This document shows, piece by piece, positions 31,061 through 62,016 of a DNA stretch of 64,000 bases (positions within the stretch are counted from its first letter, which is position 1; the number at the start of each line of letters is the position of its first letter). A model generated the notes under the pieces. That model made no database searches, was not told the DNA's origin, and worked only from the letters and a program-made list of their open reading frames with translations. Source of the DNA: the human T2T-CHM13v2.0 reference genome, Homo sapiens. The stretch lies in assembly GCF_009914755.1 (NCBI RefSeq), contig NC_060928.1, one strand, 5' to 3'. Both the position numbers and the translations under genes were made by a program.

Positions 31061-32760
31061 TCCCTCTCCCTCTCCCTCTGCCTCTCCCCCTCCCCCTCCC
31101 CTTTGCACGGTCCACGTCTCCCCTTTGCACGGTCTCCCTCTGATGCCGAGCCGAGGCTGGACTGTACTGCTGCCATCTTGGCTCACTGCAGCCTCCCTGC
31201 CTGATTCTCCTGCCTCAGCCTGCCGAGTGCCTGGGATTGCAGGCATGCGCCACCACACCTGACTGGTTTTCGTATTTTTTGGTGGAGACGGGGTTTCACC
31301 CTGTTGGCCGGGCTGGTCTCCAGCTCCTGACTGCGAGTGGTCTGCCGGCCTCGGCCTCCTGAGGTGCCGGGATTGCAGACAGAGTCTCGTTCACTCAGTG
31401 CTCAATGGTGCCCAGGCTGGAGTGCAGTGGCGTGATCTCGAATCGCTACAACCTCCACCTCCCAGCCGCATGCCTTGGCCTCCCAAAGTGCCGAGATTGC
31501 AGCCTCTGCCCGGCTGCCACCCCATATAGGAAGTGAGGAGCGTCTCTGCCTGGCCGCCCATCGTCTGGGATGCGAGGAGCCCCTCTGCCTGGCCGCCCAG
31601 TCCGGGAAGTGAGGAGTGCCTCTTCCCGGCCGCCACCCCGTCTAGGAAGTGAGGAGCATCTCTGCCTGGCCGCCCATCGTCTGGGATGTGAGGAGCCCCT
31701 CCGCCCGGCCCCCCAGTCTGGGAAGTGAGGAGCGCCTCTTCCCGGCAGTCATCCCGTCTAGGAAGTGAGGAGCGTCTCTGCCTGGCCGCCCATCATCTGG
31801 GATGTGGGGAGCGCCTGTGCCCCGCCGCCCCGTCTGGGATGTGAAGAGTGCCTCTGCCCTGCCGCGACCCCGTCTGGGAACTGAGGAGTGTCTCTGCCCT
31901 GCCGCCACCCCTTCTGGGAGGTGAGGAGCGTCTCTGACCGGCCGCCCCATCTGAGAAGTGATGAGCCCCTCCGCCCGGCAGCCTCCCCGTCCGGGAAGTG
32001 AGGAGCGTCTCCGCCCGGCAGCCGCCCCGTCCAGGAGGTGGGGGGCAGCCCCCGCCCGGCCAGCTGCCCCGTCTGGGAGGTGGGGGGCCCCTCTGCCCAG
32101 CCACCCCATCTGGGAAGTGAGAAGCCCCTCTGCCCGGCCGCCACCCTGTCTGGGAGATGGGGGGGCCCCTCTGCCCAGCAGCCCCGTCTGGGAAGTGAGG
32201 AGCCCCTCTGCCCGGCCGCCACCCCGTCTGGGAGGTGTACCCAACAGCTCATTGAGAACGGGCCATGATGACGATGGCGGTTTTGTCAAATAGAAAAGGG
32301 GGAAATGTGGGGAAAAGAAGGAGAGGTCGGATTGTTATTGTGTCTGTGTGGAAAGAAGTAGACATAGGAGACTCCATTTCATTCTGTACTAGGAAAAATT
32401 CTTCTGCCTTGGGATGCTGTTAATCTATAACCTTACCCCCAACCCCGTGCTCTCTGAAACATGTGCTGTGTCCACTAAGGGTTAAATGGATTAAGGGCGG
32501 TGCAAGATGTGCTTTGTTAAACAGATGCTTGAAGGCAGCATACTCGTTAAGAGTCATCACCACTCCCTAATCTCAAGTACCCAGGGACACAAACACTGCA
32601 GAAGGCGGCAGGGCCCTCTGCCTAGGAAAACCAGAGACCTTTGTTCACATGTTTATCTGCTGACCTTCCCTCCACTATTGTCCTATGACCCTGCCAAATC
32701 CCCCTCTCTGAGAAACACCCAAGAATGATCAATAAATACTAAAATAAAAAAATTAAAAAA
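31061..32760 (+). mobile_element. SVA retrotransposon, full length (SVA_B/C-like)
   Basis: Hexamer head, Alu-like domain, VNTR, SINE-R, AATAAA plus A-tail; TSD AATGAATTTAA (31050-31060 and 32761-32771). Confidence 0.97.
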
Positions 32761-33459
32761 AATGAATTTAAAAATGAGCAAAGGATACAAATGGATAATT
32801 CAAAGAAAATATGGTCAACCTTAGTCATAAGGGAAATGTAAATTTAAATTCTGATTAATCATCACTTTTTCACCTATTAGACTGGCAAAAACCACAGCTG
32901 CTAATACTGTTGGAGATGCTACAGAGGCACTTTCATAGAGTTCTGGAGGGAGAATAAATTAATATAATCCCTGGGAAGGCAGTTTGGCAATATAAACCAA
33001 AATTATAAAGGAATAAAACCTTTGACCCAGCAATTATATCTCTAAGAATCTATCCTATAGATACAATTACATTAAGTATGAAATAGTATATGTAAAGATT
33101 ATTTATTGAAGTATTATTAGTAATAACAAAATACTGGAAACAACCCAGTAAACAGGGGTCAAGACAACCATGGTTCATCTATGCAATAGAATACTTATAT
33201 AGCTCTTTTAAAAATACAGAAGCTCTGTATAAAATGCTTTAGAAAGACAAATAAGAAAAATTATCAGCAAAGAAAAAGCAAGATGTAGAACAAGGGGTAC
33301 AGCATGCCACCTTCTGTACAATGAACAAGTGAAACATACAAGTATTTACATTAGTTTATAAAAGCCTAAGAAAATTTAGAAGGATACATGAGCTGCTAAT
33401 AATACTTTTCAGGTTTTCTCTCTATCGTCTATATATCAATCATTCATCCATCTACCTAT

Positions 33460-33757
33460 CTATTTATTTGAGACAGGGTCTCACTCTGTTGTCCAGGTGG
33501 CAGACTGCAGTGGCGTGAACACAGCTCACTGTAGCCACAACCTCCTGGGCTCAAGGGATCCTCCCGCCTCAGCCTCCTAAGTAGCTGGGACTATAGGCAC
33601 ATACGACCATGCCCGGCTAATTTTTTTTTTTTTTTTTAATACAGATGGGGTTTCACCAAGTTGTCCAGGTTGGTCTCGAACTCCTGGGCTTAAACAGTCC
33701 TTCCACCTCGGCCTTGCAAAGTGTTGATGTTACAGGTGTGAGCCACTGGGCCTGACC
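33460..33757 (-). mobile_element. AluJ
   Basis: Diverged reverse Alu dimer. Confidence 0.9.
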
Positions 33758-34225
33758 TAGGTTTTCTTAAGCAGTGACTAAATTAACTGAAGGAGAGAGA
33801 TGAGCAAGGGATAATGTATGCTGGAAACAAGGAGAAAAGAGGTCATAGAGAGAGATTTCATTAAATACATTCCTATTTTTGACCTGTGTTAAAATGTTTC
33901 AAAGTCATATATTTGACAGACCAGAAACAATACCATCCCACAGGTACTGGATGAGATACCCCAAATAATATGTTAATATCAATAAAGATAGTGTTTTGTA
34001 CATGATCCATCTTCATTTTCGTTTTTGACTATGGTATTATGTGAAATTTTGCCCCTGGAGAAAGGGAAGTACATATTGGAGACTGCAGTGGAAGATGGTA
34101 GAAAAGAAGTGAATCAGCAACTTATGAGGCAAATGCATTAAAAGCAAAATACCCAAGTGGTATATTTGTAGCTCATTCTCTTAAGTGCTACATCTTACTG
34201 CTTGTTTTGTATTGCTAGTTCATTC

Positions 34226-34540
34226 TTTTTTTTTTTTTTGAGACGGAGTCTCGTTCTGTCACCCAGGCTGGAGTGCAGTGGCATGATCTTGACATACTGC
34301 AAGCTCTGCCTCCCAGGTTCAAAGCCATTCTCCTGCCTCAGCCTCCCAGGTAGCTGGGACTACAGGTGCCCGCCACCACACCCAGCTAATTTTTTTTTTT
34401 TTTTTTTTTTTTGGTAATTTTTGGTAGAGACGGGGTTTCACCATGTTAGCCAGGATGATCTTGATCTCCCAACCTCGTGATCCGCCCGCTTCGGCCTCCC
34501 AGAGTGCTGGGATTACAGGCGTGAGCCACCGCGCCCGGCC
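34226..34540 (-). mobile_element. AluY-like
   Basis: GCAAGCTCTGCC and TTAGCCAGGATG diagnostics; TSD GCTAGTTCATTCTT. Confidence 0.92.
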
Positions 34541-35444
34541 GCTAGTTCATTCTTAATTATTCAAATTAACTAAAAGGCAAATCAGGATGCTTTCTAGATA
34601 ATTTTTTGTATTATAAAACCAAGAAGGTAAACAGTGCTAGTTTAAGCATTTGGCTGAGTTAACAGATTTTTCCCAAACAAGAGCACACTGCAGCCTGTAT
34701 TTCTCAAAACATCTATTACTATTGCATGTCATCCATCAGCATAAACAAATGGAAGTTCAAAAAATAGGGCTGAAACAAGACAGCTTTGGTAAGAATTAAT
34801 ATTTAAATGTCTTCCTCAGTGTCGTGTCATCAGGAATCCCAGGCTGAGGCCCAGAGACAACCTCATGGCCTTTAAATCTAAACAACATAGAAACATAAGC
34901 CTTCACTATCTCTTATTAGTTATTTGAGATCTACTATTTACTCCATAAACTTAAAATATCAAGTAAACACTGGTTTTTAATAAAAGTCTAATTTAATTTG
35001 TTTTAAATAGTAGTTAAAAAACCATTAACACATTAAGGACATAAAAAAAATTCCTCCTTGAAAAATAACTCCAATTTAATTCAGAACTCTAATGATAGCA
35101 CATTATTACCACCACCTCAAGCTTCTCAAGACCATTTTAACTATGTAATAACCCCTGAACAAAAATCATCATGGCTTCTCATCACCTACAGAATAAAATT
35201 TTAATCACTTGGGCAACAACGCAAAATGTCAAAAAGTCTCACTTCCCATGTTGTCCCTATACAATCCAGTCCAGACTATTTATTATATCCAGAAGGAGTT
35301 TTAATATTCTACTCCCTTGCCTTTGCTCTCCCTCCCTAAAATTCAAAGTTTAGCTCTAGCCCCACTTCTACAAAACGACATTTCCAGATAAAACTTGTCC
35401 ATTGCAAAATATGCTCAGTTCATAGATACTGCTTTGAATTTTTA

Positions 35445-35460
35445 GTCTCCCATCCAAGTA
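35445..35460 (-). pseudogene. 5S rRNA pseudogene, 3' part (about nt 76-91)
   Basis: GTCTCCCATCCAAGTA is the exact reverse complement of 5S TACTTGGATGGGAGAC and abuts the Tigger1 left TIR. Confidence 0.85.
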
Positions 35461-38621
<3,161 letters not shown>

Positions 38622-38697
38622 TACTAATCAGGCCTAACTCCGCTTAGCTTCAAAGATCAGACAACACTGGGTGTGCTCAGGGTGGTATAACTGTGTC
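38622..38697 (-). pseudogene. 5S rRNA pseudogene, 5' part (about nt 1-77)
   Basis: TACTAATCAGGCCTAACTCCGCTTAGCTTCAAAGATCAGAC...CAGGGTGGTAT aligns with reverse-complemented human 5S (TACTAACCAGGCCCGACCCTGCTTAGCTTCCGAGATCAGAC...CAGGGTGGTAT). Confidence 0.9.
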
Positions 38698-38769
38698 TAG
38701 AGTATTAGTTATCTTTATATGAGTCTTGTTTCCATCAGACTGTAAGCTTCTGAGAAGGAAAACTGCATT

Positions 38770-38960
38770 TGGTGAGCACCTACTATGTGCTGGGCATTAT
38801 TTTCAAATATTCCAAGAGCCCTATGAAACTGGTACTGTTATTCTCATTTTAAAGATACAGAAACTAGGTCAGAAAGATTACACAGCTTGACCAAGATCAT
38901 AAGCCCAAGAACTGACAGACCTGAGTCAAACCAAAAGTCTACCTGATTCCATGCAAGATA
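38770..38960 (-). mobile_element. MIR
   Basis: GAGCACCTACTATGTGCTGGGC...CTCATTTTAAAGAT...CTTGACCAAGATCA. Confidence 0.8.
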
Positions 38961-40411
38961 CTGCCTCTCAAAAAGAAAAGAAAAATTCAAAACAAAACTA
39001 TTAGAAAGCTATACAGTATATAGAATATGTCGAAGTGTGCTCACTCATTTCATTTTTGTTGCAACCCTTAGAGGCAATGTATTAGTTATGGTTGCTACTA
39101 CTTTTCTCTGGCAAGCATAATTTCACATTTCCCTTTCTCTGGTTCCTTTGAGGAACTTTTTCCTTACTTCAAAGTAGTCCTGGCAGGGACATGAATCATG
39201 GTGCCCAATTTCATACAGAGTGGCACACAACAAAGATAAGGCAATCAGACACATACTGTCACATATAATGATTGTTTTAGCTATAAGGTCATCATGTAAG
39301 CCAGCCCAGTCAAAATCCTTCAGGGGTCTAGGCATTTTCATTATGTTATTTTGAATAATTCTGCTTCTAACCTTCATCCCAGCCACCTTCTCTTTCCTCA
39401 ACTCAACACAACAGAAATTTGATAAAAGTTCAATAATTGCAAAAGGAATATTTGGCATAAGGGTGAAAATACACAGATATACTTGGTTCCTCATGTCTTA
39501 ATAAAATCTATAGTGAAATAAAGTCAAAGAACAATGCTTTCAGTACAGAGTACTTAGATAACAAAATATCATTCTCTTTCTAATCATAAGATATATTTAA
39601 TACTAAATTTTATGTAACAAATAGCTATAAACAAATGAAACATTAAGAGCTCTGATTTTTATTTACTATTTCACAAGGGTTCCAAGCTTGGCCCAAAGAG
39701 GAAGGGAAAAAGAATTCACATGCTATAAAAAACAGGTATGCAATCTGAAGCTTGTGTTAAAGAAAGAAGGTAAAAATGGAGATGCCTTTAATGTATCATC
39801 ATTTGAAAACTTACAGCAAATTAATGTAGTATATTAGCCAACACACAGATTAGGGAGAAAAAATGCATAAATGTATGCCAGTATAATGTACCTCCATTCC
39901 ATAACTACTGAGAAAATAATTAGAAATTTACAGCACAATATATTTATAGATTCTCTTATAAGTACCTTACCAAAAAAATCAATGCTACAAAAATGAAACT
40001 AATGAGCACCATCTCATGGGCATTTGAAGTAATATATGTAAAACCAGCCTTTGCAAGAGCTTTAAAAAGCCAAGTTACTTAGTAAAGGATTAATCATAAA
40101 ACTTTCTTTTAAAATTTCAAATTTTGTACATATATCCTAAAAAGTTAACAAGGGTTTTAAACAAACAGATATACTATTTAAGCCAGTATTTAAATAGCTT
40201 CAACAAATATAAGGGGAGGAGATGTAAAATGATTCTCACAAAACAAACTCTGTAGAAGAGTTAAATAGAAGCAAAATCCAAAACTGTTAAAAAATAAAAT
40301 AAAATAAAATAGTACTTAACAAGAAAAAACAGGATTTTAGATAGATTTGGCAAATCTGAAAGTAACATAAATCAACTCTTTCTCATAGTGACTAACAGAT
40401 TTTCCATTTTA

Positions 40412-40500
40412 AAAACCCTGACTTGATCATTATACATTCTACGCATGTAACAAAATACCATATGTACCCCATAAATATGTAAAATATTACATATCAATTT
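40412..40500 (+). mobile_element. L1MA 3' terminal fragment
   Basis: CCCTGACTTGATCATTATACATT...GTACCCCATAAATATGTA. Confidence 0.8.
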
Positions 40501-40846
40501 TTAAAAGTCAGAAGAAATGCTTAAAAAACGTATTTCACATTTCCTCTAATGGTGTACATTTAAAAGGAAATGCATTTCCCATTCAAAGAAAAACATGTAC
40601 TACTTTAAGACTAAAGCAATCTTTGTCAGCTTCCTGGCTCTTCATTTAAGTTTATTTTCTAAAGGCAATCAAGTGGAATATATTAACTAGACTATCTGAT
40701 ACTAAACAAAGCAGTTATTTCCTGCCTGAAATTTCATCCAGTAGCAACATACACTCACTGAAGCACTTCAGTGTCACATTCTCTCTTGGTTCAGATTACA
40801 TGAACTCACTTTCTGTAAATTAATAGTCAGATCAAGTATCTTCTTA

Positions 40847-41398
<552 letters not shown>

Positions 41399-41949
41399 TA
41401 AATGATATTAATCAGTCTAGTTATCAAGTCCAATCTTGTTCTACATTAATATTTCAAAAGAGGCATAATGTATAGAATCAAATGTGTACAATATAGAGTA
41501 AAATCTTCTAATAATTCTGTTCTAATAACTGTGTGATTACATATAAGATAAAAGGATGTCTAAATAAAAACTTGTGTGGATTTTTGCCAGTTAGGCTATT
41601 GATTCTGTTTAAAGAAACCAACTCATGACCAGACATGGTGGCTTGTGCCTGTAACCCCAGCACTTCACGAGGCTGAAGCGAGAAGATCACTTCAGCCCAG
41701 GAATTCAAGACCAGCCTGGGCAAAATAGCGAGACCCTGTCTCCACAAAAAGTAAAAAGCAAAAGAAACTTGAGCATCAGCAGTGCAGTAAAGTTTAAAAG
41801 AGCACAACACAAGAATGCATCACTGCAAATGAATCTATCAACACACATTAATCAAGCAGCTATTACATAAAAGATCAAATATAAGACGCACTCGCTGATT
41901 CACAAAAATATTCATGTTCAGCAGGCAAAATAACAATGAGTACGGTATG

Positions 41950-44190
<2,241 letters not shown>

Positions 44191-44494
44191 ACTTCTAATA
44201 TAGCCTCACCATAAACTCACACGTCATACAAGCTAACAGAAGAGCTGTCCCCCAAACAAATACATTTCACTAATGATGCAGAGCTCAAATAGCACAAAAG
44301 AAGTAATTCATCCTCTGGATAAATGATTTCCAAACAGTTGATTACATACTCCTACTGGCAAAAAATTAAGTAGTCAGATCACAGATATATTAACGTATAA
44401 ATTATATATGGGTTACTGAATACTAATCTGTTATTTAATCTAATATGTTATATATGTTACTAATCTTTATTAAGTTATTTTTTAAAAGAAATTA

Positions 44495-49978
<5,484 letters not shown>

Positions 49979-51106
49979 TTACAATAGCATCTTATGGAGT
50001 CAATGAAAAATAATAAATGTACAGGCCAAAACACATCAAGTTTTCTTCATCCAACTAACTAGAAAAATAGAAGACCCACCATACACACTAGATTAAGGCT
50101 ACTTAGAGATGAGAGACAGTAGTATGATCGATCTGGTCTTCAAGTAATTGGGACTTCAGTTATTAATTGTTCCTTAAGTCTCATTCTATAATAAATGTGC
50201 TTAATTATAATTTTAAAAGTACTTACGTACATTGTGAGGAAATCAATATATAGCTATTAAAATATGTAATGTTTTAAATGGGCTTTAAAGCTTCAAAAAC
50301 TAAAATGCCCCTTGAAAACTAGGTTTAGAGGGAACTAAAAACTACTAAATTATTTAATAGGTGATCATCCAAAATAAAATGTGTAACAAAAGGAAACAAT
50401 GTAAGGTTACAGTAAATATGGGATTTAAATACAGTAAGAAGACAATTCAACTGTCAGTAAACTCCCTGTAATGCTAGGAAAATGAATGCTAGGATTATCA
50501 GAGATTTTTTAATTTTGTTTCATTTGTATTTGCCAAAAAAAAAAAAACACCCATAGAATAAAAAATACCAGTTTCTCTTGTAATTTGCATTTTTTACCAC
50601 CACATTTCCCCTTCTGGAAGGAATTAAAGGAAGATTACTAAGATGGGTCAAGTAACAACAGAGGACAACAAGTAAACAAAGAAGCCACAGAATGTAGGGC
50701 AATGCTTATCAGTTTAACCAAGTGAATCAGGAGACTATGAATGTAATGGAACAAATTTAGCCATAAATTCACTGAGCTGGGACAACCATCTGAAAACCTA
50801 CACTGTGATCTATGGATTTACACAAAAGGTGCAGAACTGGAAAGTGGGAGAAGAAAACTGTATACCAAATTATTTCCTAGGAATTATCCAGTCTGATGAT
50901 TTTTCCACTTTAAAACTTTCTGATCACCTGAGCCCAGGAGGTCAAGGTTGCAGTAAGCAGTGACTGTGCCACTGTACTCCAGCCTGGGCAACAGAGCAAG
51001 ACCCTGTCTCAAAGAAAAAAACAAAAAGAAAAAGAAAAAACAACATTATAAAACTCAAATATTTCTACCACAAAATTAAATAAGAGATTAGAAAAGTGAA
51101 GTTTTT

Positions 51107-51717
<611 letters not shown>

Positions 51718-52121
51718 CTACAATGGCTGATAAGGTAAGAATTAGAGACCAGTTACCATCTGAACTCTCAAGATACTTACATGTAAAAGAAGAGTTGTAT
51801 GGTCATACTCACCTTTCTACCAGAAATACTTCTGGCATGTTTTTATTCATGTATGCATTCATTTATTCATTTATTTAACAAATATTTATTCAGTTCCTAT
51901 GATGCCAGGCTGTTTCCAACCTCTGAAGGCACTTGATTCAAGCCACAAGCCCAATTTCCTCTACTGCCCACCCCCAACTCCAACAGCTCAAGGGCAGTTA
52001 GTTCAAATCTTTCTGAATAAGAAGATAAGGGTAGTAAACCACAAAGAACCACACTACGGCCTGCCAATAAAACTAGCTAATTTCATTCAACCTGTTAAAA
52101 TCCAATCAGAAAGAAAAATAA

Positions 52122-52475
<354 letters not shown>

Positions 52476-52908
52476 CTAATATTCCAAAATAAATACATAT
52501 AATTTCTTAATTGACATGCCATCTGTCAATAAAAGATTTAAAAGGTAATCTGCTACAAGTCTTCATTCTTATCACTAACCTTTCTTCATGTGCTAACATG
52601 TACATTTCCTTCTTTACTGTGCCTTGACTTTCCAAATAAATTTGTGTGTGTGTCTGTAACAGAATGAGAGACAGACAAACAGAGACGCATTTGGGTTTTA
52701 TTATAACGTATTCACACCTTAAGGAAGGAGAAAGGCTGAGGTAGCAAAGGAAAGGAAAAAAGTAAATGGAATTATAAAAGTGATGGCTTAAAAAAAACAT
52801 ACATATCACAAAACTGTTCTTCCTAGCAGCAATTCTCTAACACTCAAATTTGTCTATCTAGCTATCTAACTCTTAAGAAAGTAATTAAGCATTTTTAAAT
52901 AAGTCTTA

Positions 52909-53203
<295 letters not shown>

Positions 53204-53430
53204 GCTTATATTTTAAATTAAAAAATAAAACAAAAGCTCATGTTCCCTTCTAAAATAAGACCTATGAGAAAAGTTCCACCATGGAACTAGTAAAATCAAA
53301 ATAACTATTTTATGTTAGTTCAGTCTATGTAAATTGTACTGTAAAGTTTTTGTATTTAGCATTTTAGCCAAGATAAAAATTTAATAAATACAGGTTGAAA
53401 TCTAGAATTGCACTTTTTTTTAATATATAG

Positions 53431-53727
<297 letters not shown>

Positions 53728-54100
53728 TGAATTGCACGTTTTTAATGGTCATATTTTTATATCATGTTGTTAGGAGGAAAAAATAAAATACCTAAGAATG
53801 ATAGTTAAAAATCCAAATGATTCTTTACTATCCTACTACTCTAATTTTAAATCAACATTAAATTTTTCCCAGTATATTTAATACATATTATAACTAAAAC
53901 ATTTTAAATGTATAAAAGTGCTTTTTTTTTGGTAGAGATGGGGGTCTCACTTTGTTGACCAGGCTGGTCTTGAACTCCTTAAAAGTACATTTTTTACAGT
54001 CACACAGGCAAATTCACCTAAATAATTTACAATGTAGAATTGAACATAGTCTGTTAAGGGTGCTTTCAGGTCATCAGAATCTGAAAATTATACATTAAAA

Positions 54101-54340
54101 TAGCAGTCCCCAACCTTTATGGCACTAGGGACCAGTTTCACAAAAGACAATTTTTCCACAGAACGGGGGTCAGAGGTGGGTGGATGGTTTCAAGATGAAA
54201 CTGTTCCACCTCAGCGGGAGATGAACGGCAGGCAAGCGAGCATTACCACCTGAGCTTCACCTCCTGTCAGATCAGTGGTAGCATTAGATTCTCATAGGAG
54301 CACAAAGGAGGGATCTGGGTTGCTTGCTCCTTATGAGAAT
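54101..54340. mobile_element. MER1B (hAT-Charlie), internally rearranged
   Basis: AGCAGTCCCCAACCTTTATGGCACTAGGGACC terminus; second half in opposite orientation. Confidence 0.85.
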
Positions 54341-55353
54341 ATGTACATAGACCTGAGGTACATAGACCTGAGGTACTACAGACTTGGTCAACTTTTGGCC
54401 TCCTTCTTAACCATCAGAGGATGCTAAAACATGGTCTGAAACAGAATGTAGACAAATCTGACAAAATCTGTCAATCTGGTAAGATGGTTAAAATAAAGGG
54501 AAGGAAGTAGACTGCTATCCCAACTGTTTCCAAACCAATCACTGAAATCTCCAATACACAAACCAAAGCCATCATGCTAATTTTTGTCATTCCATAAAGG
54601 GTAGCAAACGTACCATAAAAACAAAACAGAGATCTACTCATGTTGTGGTGACTGAAAACAAAGATTTTACAGGCCTTTTTACTTGACACAGGATGCCAAG
54701 GAAGCTTCTAACTGCAGAAGAACAGAATACAGATCCCAAGGAAAAGCAACAGCCCAAGGGGCAAGGAAGTGAGGGGGAAGGCAGTAAAGAAAATGATACT
54801 CGTGCGATAGGTGAAAGGAGAGAAAGGGAATCTGTGGAAACTTCCACCTTCTGCTAAAGAACAGAAAAAAATCATAGGATATTCCATTCGACCAACAATA
54901 TACCCTCTGGGGCCAGGGAGTAGAGAAGCTAGCTGAAAACAGCCTCATTAGAGTCAAAATTTGACATGTCTCAGGCAAAATCATTCTTAAAGTTTTGTTC
55001 CATATCAAGTTTTCATGTCTTCAGATTTACATAAGAAGGGTTTTCCTCATCTATAACCAATTAATTGGCATTTCCAGCTAGAAATAAGAACTTAAATTAC
55101 ACAGTGGTCCCAATGATTAAAAGCTCCCAGGATTGTAAACAGACTTTGATTTGCAATTAAGAATATTTTACTCCTACTCCAGTAATGACAAGAGCAAAAC
55201 AAAAATACATCAAGTCTTTCTCAAAGCCAATACAGTAAGTACTGAAGAAATTGTGCTAATGCCTTAAAGGTTACTGAAAATAAGGTACTTACAGAAGTAT
55301 GCATATAAATCTCTACTAGAAAGGATAAAAGTGCCAGTCAGCAAGTTCATTCA

Positions 55354-55950
<597 letters not shown>

Positions 55951-56459
55951 GTGCATTCGCCTTATTGAAAACTCTTCTTATAATATCAAACCCAAATCAG
56001 CATCCATCATCATAGATTATTAGACTTCTATCTCAAATACACAAGAAAAAAATAATAAAGTCAAACCCTATGTATAAACCCATGGTGACCTCAGGCAATT
56101 TTAAATCCAAAATTATTCAAAATTATTTGAAGGGATAAAGAATCAAATTGCCAGCACCCTCAAAATAGAACAGTACAGGACACACTGGATCCCATTATTG
56201 AGCATGGTACTACTACATTCAACACACCATGGATATTATTTCATCAATTTCATATAAACTTTGGCAGCAGACTTTAAGTTCCTAGAAAATTGTTCCCCAA
56301 AGTTTTGTAACCTTAATTAAAGTATAATAATTCCAAGAAACAAATCACAGAGAGGCAAAGAAAACAAACATATAGAGGCCATGATGTCATTAGTTAAAAT
56401 GACATATGAAAAAATGCAAGAATGTTGATAATGATTAAAGCTGGCTGATGAGTTCATAG

Positions 56460-57905
<1,446 letters not shown>

Positions 57906-58377
57906 TAATTAGAATTTAATTTTTTTTAATTAGAGAAATACAATTTCCAGAAAATATCACTAGGTAAAATATTCTTATAGAAGTATGCAATAACAAATAT
58001 TCAAGCAAAATGAAAGAAAAAATAGAACTGTATTTAGAAATCTACACTGTAAGGGTGGATATCTTGAGGATTAGAATCCAGAGGAGAAATCCCATTTCAG
58101 CCATGATGTTAACCAGTTGTGTGTGTGTATATATTTACATATATATGTAAATTCACATATACATATCCATATCAAAACTTCCCTAAACCTGAATTTAACA
58201 TACAACTTAGAATAGATTAAGAAAATGTTCTAAAAAGTGTCATTACATATTTAACGTGGTAGTCTATATTTATCATCCAGAAGAATTTAGCATATAATCC
58301 TCATATTTGAAGTTCACTGTACAAATACATTACTCCAACACTCCAGTGTTAAGGCAAGCATCTAAAAGTAATATTTT

Positions 58378-59070
<693 letters not shown>

Positions 59071-59074
59071 ACAA

Positions 59075-59755
59075 CAACACAATTAAACACCACTACAAAC
59101 TTACTAGAATGACTAAAATTTAAAACACTGATAATACCAAGTGCTGACAAGGATGGAGAACAACTACAGCAACTACATTACTGGTAGGAATGCAGCATGC
59201 TACAGCCACTTTGGAAAACAGTTTGACAGTTCTTATGAAGTTAAACATACATTTACCATACCAAGCACACTCTTCAGTATTCACCCAGGAGAAAGGAAAA
59301 CATGTCCACCAAAGGCCTATAGGCAAAGGTTTGGGGCAACTTACCCAAAGTAACTGGATAAACAAATTGTAATTACATCCATAGAATAGAATACTTCTCA
59401 GCAAAAATTAAAAAAGAAACAAGCAACTTAATTATGCAACGACATAGAGGAATCTCAAATGCAATTTGCTGAGTACAAGAAGCTAGTCACGAAAGGCTAC
59501 TTGCTACATGATTCCATTTTTATTCAACATTCTGGAAAACAAAGTGACAGGGACAGAAATTAGATCAGTGGTTGCCAGGGGATAGGGATGGGGAAGAGAG
59601 AAATGACTACAAAGGGGTAAAAGGGAACTTTTTGAGGTGGGGGAAATATCTCATATACCAAATGTGATGGTTGTTATATGACCGTATACATCAATCTACA
59701 CAACTCAAAAGGGTGAATTTTATTCTATGTAAATCATACCTTAATAAACCTGACT
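59075..59755 (+). mobile_element. L1MB/ME 3' end
   Basis: ATACCAAGTGCTGACAAGGATG; CAGCCACTTTGGAAAACAGTTTG; AGATCAGTGGTTGCCAGGGG. Confidence 0.82.
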
Positions 59756-59964
59756 TTTAAGATGACAAAGATGTAATCTCTGCCTTCAAGCTCATGATCT
59801 AATGAGAGAAATATATATAAACACATAATTTGAACAAGGTAAATGCTATAGTAAGTTATGAACAAAGTTCTGTGGTAGAATGGAGGAGGAATAAAGTCTG
59901 TCTCAGAGTGAGGCAAAGGATTCTCAGAGAAAATAACATGTAAGCTATGTCTTAAAAGTAACAA

Positions 59965-60353
<389 letters not shown>

Positions 60354-61351
60354 TTAGCCATGTGAGAGACAGTAAACGAAGTGTAGGATGAGTTAGAGCA
60401 TCAGAGGTCATGCCATACATGATAAGATTTGTGTTTTAGAAAGATAAGTATAAATATCATGTGGGAAAATATATGGAGGTATAGAATGACTGGCAGAGAA
60501 CAAGAACAGTTTTGAAGGGTGTTACAATAATCCTAGAAAGAGATACCTGGGGTCTGAATTAAGGTTCAATTAAAAGGCTATTTAGTGAAAGACTACTTAT
60601 GGGAATAAGGAAGAAAAGACAAGTTAAGGTTAATTGAAATTTCTGCAAAGAACAAGTGATCATCAATAAGATGAGAAACATAAAAGGAAATACAGATTTG
60701 TTTGATAATCCAAGTTGGGGGGAGAATCATCTGGCTTCCATTTTCCTATCTACTAACTCTCTTCCTTGTAGGCATGCCTTCTCTAACTAAAACTGATATT
60801 TATTATGACTTATCTACTTGAACTATTTTATAAAATAACTATAAGAAGTAAAGGCAACACAGCAAAACCTCAGCAAAGTTTTTACAGTATCTTAGATATA
60901 GCAGAATAGTTATTTTAAAGGTAAAAATAAGGCCGGGTGCAGTGGCTCACACCTATAATCCACGCACTTTGGGAAGCCAAGGCAGGAGGATTGTTTGAGC
61001 CCAGGATATCAAGACCCTAGCCTGGGCAACATAGCAAGACTCCATCTCTACAAAAAAATAAAATTTAAAGAAATTAAAAATAAGTTTTAAAAAAGAAAAC
61101 ATTGGGCAGTTTGGCTAGAGCATAATTATTAGAACAGATAATTAGATTTCCTAGTTTTTCAAAAATTTGAATTGTAATAAAAGGAAATTTCAATGTTCTA
61201 TTTCAATTTTCAGCAGCAAATAAATGTGTACAAAAAGGAACTTAAAGAATAAAAAATAAATGAAAATAGGAGAGGAAAGAATAAATTTAAATACTGCATC
61301 GCCAACTTATGTAATAGGTTCCAAATTTGTCTTTAAAAAGCAATTATGTGA

Positions 61352-62016
<665 letters not shown>

